Below, in pieces: positions 38,552-48,136 of a stretch of DNA of 64,000 nt (within the stretch, counting starts at the first letter, position 1; each line of letters begins with the position of its first letter). A program made the translations under genes and the position numbers. The notes under the pieces were generated by a model that saw only the letters and a list, made by a program, of their open reading frames with translations, was not told the origin of the DNA and did not search any database. The DNA is taken from IMG/VR virus record IMGVR_UViG_3300043399_000877, positions 62,001 to 126,000 of that record. The stretch is one strand, 5' to 3'.

Positions 38552-41500
38552 ATGGCACAGGACGACGAAGTTAAGACGATCCACAACCGCCCGGCCGGCA
38601 ACTATAACGCTCGCTGGGATGCAATCGCCCGCAGCCGCGAGGCGCTGGATCAGCACGCCGACTTCTTCAGCGACCCCGAGCACCAGCGCCGCGTCGACGC
38701 CGTTCGCGCTGTCCTCGACGACTTCTTGCCGATCCGCAAGGAGCTCTACGTGAATCGGCGCGGGCTCAACACGAAGAAGCCGCGCACGGTGATCAAAGTG
38801 GAGTCGCCGCAGTTCCCCAACCACCTGCCGCGCAGCGAGCGTGAGGCTCGCTATCACAAGCCCCTGCGAGACCTGGGCGTTGAGATCAAGCTCAGCGTCA
38901 ACACCAACAGTTATTTGTATTCGATCGCATAAAAGTGCTTGACACTGGTGCCGGCGGCTGCTATGTTGCCGGCATACAGACAGAGGAGACAACGATGGCG
39001 ATGAAACAAAACAAGTTCACGACCCGCAAGTTCGACGGTGATAGCCAGGGATCCTGGGCTGTGTTCCGCAAGGCGGATGTGAAGGGCATCCGCGGCGTGG
39101 TGTTCTATGGGCAGGCCCGTCCGATTGTATGTGGGCTGACGAAGCGCGAGGCAGATTACTATCGCTCGCGCTGTGATGAAGGGCATTACCTCTAAAATAA
39201 GTGTTGACACGGGCCACGGCCCGTGTTACTACACTGACACAACGGCAAAACAAGGAGCAAATTACATGGACGAGCGTCAGAAGGCAGCGATGGAGTTCCT
39301 GGCCGAGGAACTCAGCCGCGAGCTGGAGTTCCAACAGTCAGACGAGTATCTGGGCGACGACATCGTGCCGTTGCTTCGCGAGATGCAGGAGCGCATCGAA
39401 CGCAACGACATTCCCACGCTGGCAGAGCTCGAGGCGTGGAGCCTGCGGGTGTATGATGTGACACGCGGCGACGCGATGTATGGCGACACTGACATGGCGG
39501 ACGGGCTCGTGGAGGGGCTGGCGGCGGCGCTGGAGTTGACTGAAGAAACTGCTTGACACTGACGCCCAGTCCTGCTATTGATGTGGGACTGGGCAACACA
39601 GGAGGCTGGCATGCGCTACTATCGAGTGAGAGCAGAGCACGTTCGGCAGCTGGCAATCGGGCTGGCTGCTGAGCAGATGGAGGAGATCCCGGGCGTGATC
39701 CTCATGGCGGCCGGGGCGGATGAGGTGTTCGATCGTCAGGCAATCTGGGTGCTGGCAAGCGAGCTGGCGCTGGGCAATCAGCTTCAGGACATCGTGTGGC
39801 GCTATAACGGCGGCAACTGGTGCGAGGTGGCTGAGATCGACGAGGAGACTGCTGAAGGCTTTTGTTGAAAAAAGTGGTTGACACTGGCTCTGGCTGATGC
39901 TATAACTGGAGCATGGAAACAACGGAGGCGACGATGACGCTGACAAGGGAACAGGTTGTGGCGCTGGTGACCCGGACCGATGCGGTGGCGATGCATGCCA
40001 TCGGCCGTGCGCTGGTGCACTTGTTGAACCGTCAGACGCGCGAGGAGAGCCGCGATAATGTGACGCGCAACCTCAACGACGTGGGCTTCACGCCCGCCGA
40101 TGCGCGCATGGGTTGCATCCACGCCAAATGCTACATCAAGCGCGGCGAGCTCGAGGAATGGCAGGTTCGCTACTGGCAGCGGCCCAACGCCAAAGGCGTA
40201 CCGCGTATCGCCAAGTATTGGCGACAGCTGGCCGAGGAAGCGGCGCGGAAAGCGGTTGCAAGGGCGGCCGCTTGATGCTATACTGGTCGGGCAACACGAG
40301 GAGACACCGATGGAACTAGATATCGCCGAGATCGTCGCCGCCCTGCAAGCTCACCTCCAGACGGCCACTGTGGTCAACGGCTGGCGCTATCCGGTCGAGC
40401 AGGTCATCTGCGCGGACGGCGCCCGCTTCAGCGTCCAGGCCAGCCGGTATACCTACTGCCAGCCGCGCAACGATGTCGGGCCCTGGACGCACGTCGAGGT
40501 GATGACCATCACCGATGGGGTCACGCCCAGCTGCTGGACTCACGACGCCGGGGACAATCTGGCCGGCTATGTGCCGATCGAAGCCGTTGCGAAAGAAATT
40601 TGGCTTCGTGGAAAAAAGCTCTTGACTGGCACTGACATTCCTGCTATCACGTGTGAGTAGGCAACAAGGAGCAACGACGATGAAAGTGACGCGCAAAAAT
40701 CCGTTCACCGGCCAGATGCTGACCCGTGAGATCCCCGTGACCGAGGAGCAACTGATGGCCTGGCAGGATGGGGAGCTGATCCAGAATGCCATGCCCAACA
40801 TCAGCGCGGAAGACCGCGAGTTCATCAAGAGCGGCATCACGGCCGAGCAATGGGAAGAAATGTTCGGCTGACGGCAAAATAACGGTTGACTCCCGGAAGG
40901 GAGTCAGCTATACCACTGACATGGAAAACAGGAGAGCAAGATGTTCGGATACAAGAAAGTCGGAACGGTCAAGACCTTCGAAGCCACGGTGCGGGCCGGG
41001 ATGGCGCTCACCAAAGTGACTGTCAATGCCGACAGCACCTATGCGGCGCGCAAGCAATTGGAGGGCATCTACGGTGCCAACAACGTCAAGAGTGTTCGCC
41101 AACTCTGAAGAAAGTGGTTGACTCCCGGAAGGGAGTCAGCTATACCACTGACATGGAAGCAAGGAGCAACGAGATGGACACTGGTTGGAGACTGGCCACC
41201 AAGGAAGAGATCCGGGAGATGCAGGATCTCCCTGGCGCGCCGCATGTGACTTTCGGCTGCACCTGCTGCGGCATGGTGAACTGGACTGCCAAGAACCTCG
41301 CGCTGAACAGCGACGGTCGCTACACCGGAGCTCGCAACATCTTCGTGAGCGACTGGACTCGCGGCGAGTGTGAGTGCCCCAGCACCCACCTGCGGGCCGT
41401 GGTGCGGGAAAAAGAATCCGTCCTGGCCTAAGAAAGTGGTTGACTCCCGGAAGGGAGTCAGCTATAACACTGACATGGAAGCAAGGAGCAACGAGATGAC

Positions 41501-43306
41501 CGACACTGTGAACCCGGAACTGAAGCCCGTCACCGAGATCCGTGACGAGATGCTGGCCGCGGCGCGTGATGCCGCCAACCGCAAGTTCGCCGAGATCGGC
41601 GGCGACCGCTACGCCTGCGGCTTTGCGTGGGTGACTGTTTACCCCAAACACAAGGGCAACACGCGGGCGGGCCGCGCCGAGCGCGAGACGCTGCGGGCGA
41701 TGGGCTTTGAGCTGGACTACACCGGCAAGGCGTTCCAGCTCTGGAACCCCAGCAACCACTCCTGTCAGAACGTGGACACCAAGGAGGCCGGCGCACAGGC
41801 TGCGGCTTCGGTGCTGCGCCGCTACGGGATCGAGGCCTGGGCGGGGTCGCGACTGGACTGAAAATAACTGTTGACACGGGCTCCATGCAGTGCTATAAGT
41901 GCTGCATGGAAACAACGGAGGCACGGATGCGCGCTTACGATCCCCGAGACGGTTACTTTACCTACAACCCCCAGACCCGGACCTTCAGCGCCGATGCCAG
42001 CGACCTCGCCTGGCCCGCGGGTTCGGCCTGCTATGAGTTCCAGCTCAAGAGCGAGCTCACCGGCACGTTCGTCAACATGGAGCGCATCGATCCCACGCGG
42101 AATGCCGAGGGCGAGATCCTGTGGTTCAACTACCGCAGCCGGTGCATCACCAGCGAAGATCCCACAGTGGATCTCCATCAGACCTATTATGCGAGGGTGT
42201 TCAACGACTGAAGAAAGTGGTTGACATCCAGGTCGGCATCCGCTAGGGTGCCGACATACAACGAGGAGCAGACGGATGGACGAGTTCATGACAGAGTTGG
42301 TGCCGGTTGCTGAGTGGGAATGGTGGTTGTGGCGCGTGACCTATAGGAGCGAATTCGGCGACAGTCAATCGTTTTTTGTGGTCAGCACCGAAGATCATCT
42401 GGACCTCGAAGTCGAGGACCGTTGGCCCAGCGATTGGTTCACCGAATACACATACGAGAAGATGTCGCGCTGTGGCGCTCCCCGGCAGCTCTGGTGTGCT
42501 GCTCGCAAGTGCCGGTATCCGGAATACGCCTGGGACGCTGGTGCCCGCGAGGCCGCTCGTCTCGGCTTCCAGATCACCGACCCGCAGCCGGAGATTTATG
42601 CCGAACTGGCATAAAAAACTGTTGACAGCTGGCAGACGGTCAGCTATACACATGACATGGAAGCAAAGAGGAGCAACAAGATGCGACCAGTGATTATGAA
42701 AGCCGGCACCTACTACATCGGTGACCTGTGCTATGTGCTGCACGACAGCTGGGATGAAGTTTGCAGCCTGATTATTCAGGGGCAGGCGGTGCTGGAGGGC
42801 CACTTCACCCTCAAAGACGGCCGCGAGTTCGCCATGTTCAACACCGCCTACGGCGATGGCACCTACACCGACAACCTGGGCGGGCGCTATCCGGTGGACG
42901 CCGGCAACATCGGCTGCATCTTGCTGGAGTCGGTGGACCGCTCGGATCAGGACGACGTCACGTTGGGCGTGACGCACACCTTCGATGCGGACTTTGTCTG
43001 CGACACCGACGGGCGCACCATCGAGTTCGGCAGTATCCGGATCCCAACCGCAGACGACGAGGACGACTGGGAAGATGACGACCTTTACGACGACTGGGAA
43101 GAAGATTTGTTCGACGAGCCCTGATTCTGCTTGACACTGTTGCCGGCAACTGTTATGTTGCCGGCACACAGGGAGGACGTGATGGACGAACAAGACGACT
43201 ACTTTTCCGAGACTACCGAAGGTCGCTGGACTGCCGGTTGGTGGATCGTGCCCAGTGTGATCCTGGGGGTAGTGATGCTGGTCGGACTCGGCTGGTGGAT
43301 AGCGTA
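38552..43306 (+). CDS. Fourteen monocistronic small hypothetical genes (38552-38932, 38995-39195, 39266-39556, 39611-39868, 39934-40275, 40309-40660, 40680-40871, 40941-41108, 41174-41431, 41496-41861, 41927-42211, 42276-42614, 42681-43124, ~43181-43306)
   Basis: Each is preceded by its own -35/-10 promoter and SD. Confidence 0.75.
40884..41498 (+). repeat. Three near-identical promoter/RBS cassettes (40884-40926, 41108-41176, 41430-41498)
   Basis: GGTTGACTCCCGGAAGGGAGTCAGCTATA(C/A)CACTGACATGGAA; copies 2 and 3 match at 68 of 69 nt. Confidence 0.95.
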
Positions 43307-43395
43307 AGCGACTTTCCGCTTACTCACCCAACTAACTGTTGACATACAGGCTGAGGCTGCTATAAGTAACATACAACGACAAAAGGAGAAAACCA

Positions 43396-44016
43396 ATGAA
43401 GATGCGAACCATCCTCGGCGGTGTTGCTTCCTCAGCCGTGATTGGTGCTATGGCAGTGATTTACATAACGGCGGGCGAAGAGGCATACGCCGCCATAGAC
43501 CCAACAGAACTGATGATCCCGAGCCCGACTTATGATAGCGAGCGAATGATCGCCCTAGAGCCCGAGCTCACCAGTTCTGTTGCAACAATCCGACCGAGGC
43601 CGCGACCCGTAGGACTGGAGCGTCTGCCAGAATCGGCGAACAACCAGGACGAACAATACTGCCTAGCGCAGAACATCTATTTCGAAGCACGAGGCGAGGG
43701 CAGAATTGGCCAGGAGGCCGTTGCATGGGTCACGCTCAATCGCGTAATGGACCCGCGCTGGCCGGACACGATCTGCCGGGTCGTGTGGCAGGATAACCAG
43801 TTTAGCTGGACACACGACGGGCGGGGCGACACGCCGCGCGCCGGTGACATGTGGGATCAGGCCCGGGCGATTGCTGCACGAGTGACCGCCGAATACAATC
43901 CGGATCTCGATCCCACCGAAGGCAGTGTAATGTTTCACGCTGACTATGTCAACCCCGAATGGGAAGACAACTTCGTTCGGGTAGTGCAGATTGATGCTCA
44001 CATTTTTTACAGATAG
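43396..44016 (+). CDS. SleB/Hydrolase_2 family cell wall hydrolase with N-terminal membrane anchor
   Basis: CLAQNIYFEARGE..VAWVTLNRV..WPDTICRVVWQ..QFSW..FHADYVNPEW..HIFY. Confidence 0.9.
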   Translation: MKMRTILGGVASSAVIGAMAVIYITAGEEAYAAIDPTELMIPSPTYDSERMIALEPELTSSVATIRPRPRPVGLERLPESANNQDEQYCLAQNIYFEARGEGRIGQEAVAWVTLNRVMDPRWPDTICRVVWQDNQFSWTHDGRGDTPRAGDMWDQARAIAARVTAEYNPDLDPTEGSVMFHADYVNPEWEDNFVRVVQIDAHIFYR

Positions 44017-44072
44017 TGATTGACACACACCTCCCGTCTTGTTATACGATACTGGCAAGACGGGAGATACAC

Positions 44073-45089
44073 AATGCGGCGCGAAACGATCCAGAATTTG
44101 TTGATTGCTGCCATCGAAGACGACGACGTCGAGACGGCCGAAGAGTGGCAGGCCATGCTGGACCTGATGGACGCGAACGGTTGGCTGGTGATAGAAGTTT
44201 GAAATAACTGTTGACACGGGCAGGACTGTCTGCTATAACACTGGCAACAAGGAGCAAACGATATGAAATACGCGATGATTTTGGCCACCCTGCTGCTGTC
44301 GGCTTGCGCGGACACTCCGCGACTCACCAGCCCGGCGGAGGCGCTGGCTGACCGTGCAGCACACGATGCCTACCTGGCCGGCAAGTATGATCCCGAACTC
44401 GTGGCTGACTGCGCCTACTATGATCTGGAGGAATGCTGATGAACATCGCACAAATGGTCCGTGACTTCAGCATCGCCATTCTGGCCATGCTGGTGGTGAT
44501 GTTGCTGCTGTGGGCCCGCTGGTACCCGGCGGAATACGGCCGCTGGCTGCAACAGATCGACACTGCCCGGTTCGAGATGCTGGACTGCGACTGCACCGAA
44601 CCGCTGGAGTAAGACCCCGCTGTTGGGTGTGGCACGGACCGACTGTTGGTGCCCCGCCCGCAAAGATCACGACGGCAGGCTGCGACAACGAAATAGAGCT
44701 TGACGCTGTGACACGGGACTGCTATAACACTGGCAACAGACACGGACACCACCGGACACTGACGGTGGACCGGAGCGGGCCGACACGGAGGACAGGACGT
44801 GAACCAGACAACTGAACAGAAAGATACGGCAGAGGCCGAGGCGGCGCAATACCGCTGGTTGACGGTGAGCGGAATACTCCGCACCGGCGGCGACTGGGTC
44901 ACTATCTTCGAGCAGCGGACTGACCGCCCGCTGACCCCGGAGGAAGTGACGGCTGCCCGAGGTGAACTGCGGCCGCTGCTGGAATCCGTCAGCGAAAGTT
45001 TTCGAGACGATCGGCAGGCGACGCTGACCTTCGACAGTGTTCGAGTTCATGTGCAGAGCTGGGCTGCGATCCGTATCGAATTGAGATAA
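44073..45089 (+). CDS. Small hypothetical genes including a small lipoprotein (LLLSAC) and 44799-45089
   Basis: Promoters at 44020, 44211 and 44700; SDs. Confidence 0.6.
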
Positions 45090-45473
45090 CATACCGGGAA
45101 CCGATCCCGATACAGAACCTCCGTCACTGCGGGTTTGCTCCCCCCGGGCGACGGAGTGTCGGTGCTGGTGGTGTGTTGCGTTGATTGTGTTGGGTGCGTT
45201 TGCTCCCGCGCCCCGCGCTGTCCGCCGCCACCAGCACCCATTTTTTTCAGTGCCAGCCGCGCCGTCTCCAGTCGCCACCGCCGCCGTCTCCAGTCGCGCC
45301 ATCAAACGCCACCAGTCATTCAACGCCATAGCACACAACATGCACACCAATACGGCAGTTTGTCAAGTAACGATTTGTTACAAAGCACGTTTCAAACTGT
45401 AACATTTTGTTACTTGACGTGCGCTGCACAGACTGCTATAAACAGCTTGTAAGCAACGCAGAGGAGCAACTGC

Positions 45474-45677
45474 ATGTATAACAGTTTTTACGTTGTTGTG
45501 CGTAACGCTGCAAACAAGCGCAGCGTTGTAGGGCAGGACTGTGGAACGCTTGAGTATGCAACGCTGATGGCGGTAGCAGAGCGCAAGCGCACGGGGCGTG
45601 AGGTGTGGGTGCGCGAATACGAGCAAGAGGGCGTGTTTGGCAAGCGCAAGCTGCTGAGGGAACATGCAGTAGCATAA
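45474..45677 (+). CDS. Small proline-free protein in the TC/CC-free island
   Basis: Promoter at 45414; GAGGAG SD. Confidence 0.75.
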   Translation: MYNSFYVVVRNAANKRSVVGQDCGTLEYATLMAVAERKRTGREVWVREYEQEGVFGKRKLLREHAVA

Positions 45678-45772
45678 CACAGAAAAAACGGCAATGCAAG
45701 CGCATTTTGTGCTTGCATTGTGCTGCGCATAGTGCTATAAACAGTTTGTAAGCAACGCAGAGGAGCAACGCA

Positions 45773-46060
45773 ATGCAATACGCTACTGTTTACAAACACA
45801 AAAACAACGCAATTTACAACGTAAACGCTGTTGTAAAATACAAATACGACGAGAGCGACGTGCTGCGTGTGCTTGTGCGCAAAGAGCGTGTGTATGTTGT
45901 GTGCTGCGGGGAGCTGGGGGAAATTACAAGCAAGTGTGCAAACTTGCTGCGCGTGTTTGCAAAAGTGCTTGCTGCACTTGGGCTGCACAACTGCAAACAG
46001 TTGCATACGGGCAACTACGGGACAAAAGACGGGGGAACGTTTGTAGTTTTTGCACGTTAA
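45773..46060 (+). CDS. Small proline-free protein in the TC/CC-free island
   Basis: TTGCAT-N17-TATAAA promoter; GAGGAG SD. Confidence 0.75.
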   Translation: MQYATVYKHKNNAIYNVNAVVKYKYDESDVLRVLVRKERVYVVCCGELGEITSKCANLLRVFAKVLAALGLHNCKQLHTGNYGTKDGGTFVVFAR

Positions 46061-46148
46061 AAAAAATGCAGTGCAAGTGCATTTTGTGCTTGCACTGCGT
46101 CGCATAAACTGCTATACACGACTTGTAAGCAAATAGAGGAGCAACTAA

Positions 46149-46352
46149 ATGCTTAACATGCGTAAACGTATTGCTGCTGCACATGCGCGCTATGCGCAAA
46201 AACAAGAGCAAAGCGCACAATTGCGCGCTGCAATTGCAACAGGGGGCAGCTATGCGCTGTGGCGTGCTGCAATTGCAGAGGAGGACGCTGCAAAGCAACG
46301 GCTGCAACGGCTGTATGCTGAGGCAGGCTATGCTGACGCGGTTGTAGACTAA
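46149..46352 (+). CDS. Small proline-free helical protein in the TC/CC-free island
   Basis: TTGCAC-N17-TATACA promoter; GAGGAG SD. Confidence 0.75.
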   Translation: MLNMRKRIAAAHARYAQKQEQSAQLRAAIATGGSYALWRAAIAEEDAAKQRLQRLYAEAGYADAVVD

Positions 46353-46457
46353 CACAAAAACAAATGCAGTGCAAGCGCATTTTGTGCTTGCACTGTGTTG
46401 TGCAGTGTGCTATAAGTAAGTGACCGGGGGCAGACCCCGCTGCCCAGGAGAGACCGG

Positions 46458-46838
46458 ATGACCAGAATTCGCCGCACCAGCCACACCAACGGTGGCACAC
46501 GACACACAACCACCCTCACCAGCACGGGCAGGCTGACGCAGAGCACCAGCCAGCGCACCGGCACCGGGCGCATCACACACACTGTGGACAACGAAGGTCG
46601 CAGCTATACAACCCGCACAACCCGTTTCGCTGACGGCAGTTGGGAACGGGAACGCCTGGGTGCGAAGACCCCGGTGCAGAACGGGCGCAGAAACACCCGG
46701 GGTCTCCAGGGTGTGTCCCGGGACTGGACTGCGCCGGAGCGGACGGGTGGGCCCAGCGACACAGCCTTGCAGGTGCTGGGTTGGATTGGCATCGTATTTG
46801 TGGTGCTGTGGGTGCTGGGACTGCTGCTGGGTGCTTAG
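46458..46838 (+). CDS. Thr/Arg-rich protein with a C-terminal transmembrane helix
   Basis: Promoter at 46388; AGGAG SD; hydrophobic C-terminus. Confidence 0.65.
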   Translation: MTRIRRTSHTNGGTRHTTTLTSTGRLTQSTSQRTGTGRITHTVDNEGRSYTTRTTRFADGSWERERLGAKTPVQNGRRNTRGLQGVSRDWTAPERTGGPSDTALQVLGWIGIVFVVLWVLGLLLGA

Positions 46839-46905
46839 GGAAAGACCCCGGTGCTGCCCACCAGTGAGAGAAGAACAGGACAGAACAGACACGGCAGATA
46901 GGCGG

Positions 46906-46932
46906 AGGGGGCGCACTGACAGTGCGCCCCCT
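46906..46932. terminator. GC-rich hairpin between convergent genes
   Basis: AGGGGGCGCACTG-A-CAGTGCGCCCCCT. Confidence 0.7.
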
Positions 46933-46939
46933 GGTGTTG

Positions 46940-47248
46940 TTACGCGGGTTGTTGCACGTCCCCGGGCCAATCCTCCGTATACAGCACACCGCCGATCGTC
47001 ACCGTGGCAGTGTCCTCGAACAGCACCTCGTACAAGTCCTCGTCCGCGCCCTCGCCGTAAATTTCCCTGTGCCGCTCCGCCACAAGCGCCCGCAGCTCGG
47101 GGTTGCTGAGCAGTATGTCGAGGAACGCTGTGTGTGCGTACCACTGCATCTCGCTCACCGTGCCGTCCTCCACGGGCCGGGCGAGTTGCTGCCACAGCTC
47201 GTTGCGCCGGATGAAGTTCAGCAAGTCTCTGTATGTAACAATCTGCAT
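46940..47248 (-). CDS. Acidic hypothetical protein
   Basis: GGGAG SD; downstream of 47264..47512. Confidence 0.7.
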   Translation of the reverse strand: MQIVTYRDLLNFIRRNELWQQLARPVEDGTVSEMQWYAHTAFLDILLSNPELRALVAERHREIYGEGADEDLYEVLFEDTATVTIGGVLYTEDWPGDVQQPA

Positions 47249-47263
47249 GTCTGCTCCCGTGTG

Positions 47264-47512
47264 TTAGCGATTTGCTTGCAGTGCTGCCTGCAGGTGCTCT
47301 TGCATGGTTGCACTGTCCTCGTCGTTCAGTGCTGCCATGTATAGCCTGTCATAGCCGCGACGCTCGTACTCCGCCGCGTTGTCGGTCAGCAAGCTGTCTG
47401 CGTCCAGCGCCTGCAACAAGTTTTCAGCCAGCGCCGCCGCCAGCTGGTGCGCTTGCAATAGCGCCTGCGCAGCGCGCACGATTGCACTGTGGTGGTCATT
47501 TGTGGTCTGCAT
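47264..47512 (-). CDS. Small proline-free helical protein
   Basis: AGGAG SD; two tandem minus-strand promoters (-35 near 47599 and 47699). Confidence 0.75.
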   Translation of the reverse strand: MQTTNDHHSAIVRAAQALLQAHQLAAALAENLLQALDADSLLTDNAAEYERRGYDRLYMAALNDEDSATMQEHLQAALQANR

Positions 47513-48136
47513 GTTTGCTCCTGCAGTTGTTACGTTACACGCACAACACGCACTAGCTACTTACACAACACTTATAGCACACAGCACTAGCTAATGCAAG
47601 TAACAAATTGTTACAGTGTGTTACAACTGCTACTAGCTACTGCGTTACTGCTTACTTGCTACAGTTACGTTTATAGCACAGCGCGCACACGGGCGTCAAG
47701 CAAAAAATGCGCGACTTTATTGCGTTGTTGTGTGTGCTGGCGCAATTTTATTACTGTTGCATGCGTGCAACGTGCGTGCGTTTTTTTATTTTTTTGCTTG
47801 ACAGGCTGGGGTGGCGTGTATATAATAACAAATTTTTTTCTGCGACGCGTTGCGACGAGCCAAATCCTTTTTCGCAAATCTTTTTCTTCTTCTTTCTTCT
47901 TCTTTTTTAAAACCGTTAAAACCCCCAAGTACCCTGGGGGAAACCCGTACCCTGAATCCCTAAGTACTTGTATAAAAAAAATTGCGCGAGCTGATCAGCG
48001 CAGCGCAGGAGCCCCCGGGGGCTCCGAAACCACCGGGCCAGATCTGTAAGTACTTGCTAAAAAATTTTCGCCGTCAGAATTTTTTATCCTGCAGAAGCCC
48101 GTTGACAAACCCCCGCCCATAGTGTATACAGCTGGC

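Larger units (their letters stand above)
7735..48130 (+). promoter_or_regulatory. Array of more than 50 sigma70-type early promoters, TTGAC(A)-N17-(TGC)TATAnn
   Basis: Examples of -35 positions: 7735, 10476, 11013, 12194, 13125, 14669, 15516, 16643, 18172, 19155, 22230, 23408, 23852, 24395, 25569, 26961, 27926, 28429, 28841, 29497, 30061, 30605, 32748, 36133, 37011, 37928, 38496, 38939, 39204, 39553, 39878, 40886, 41118, 41440, 41871, 42622, 43131, 44211, 44700, 45414, 47798, 48102. Most are followed by an A/C-rich leader and a GGAG/GAGG SD. Confidence 0.9.

Noticed and set aside
40884-41498. Repeats as a CRISPR array
   Set aside because: The intervals are 170-260-nt genes, the repeats are promoter/RBS units, and no cas genes are present.
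11044-41885. Upstream TTG/GTG starts in the ORF track (e.g. 15516, 23408, 23852, 30605, 40886, 41871)
   Set aside because: Most are the TTG of the TTGAC -35 box; the real starts are the downstream ATGs with SDs.
45394-47800. Island explained as simple low complexity, Z-DNA repeat or UV-dimer avoidance
   Set aside because: It encodes SD-led ORFs with promoters and is not periodic. TT and CT dipyrimidines remain abundant; only TC/CC are lost.
47594-48049. ORFs 47594..48049, 47671..47928 and 47707..47910
   Set aside because: They are low-complexity translations across promoter and T-tract DNA, with no SD.
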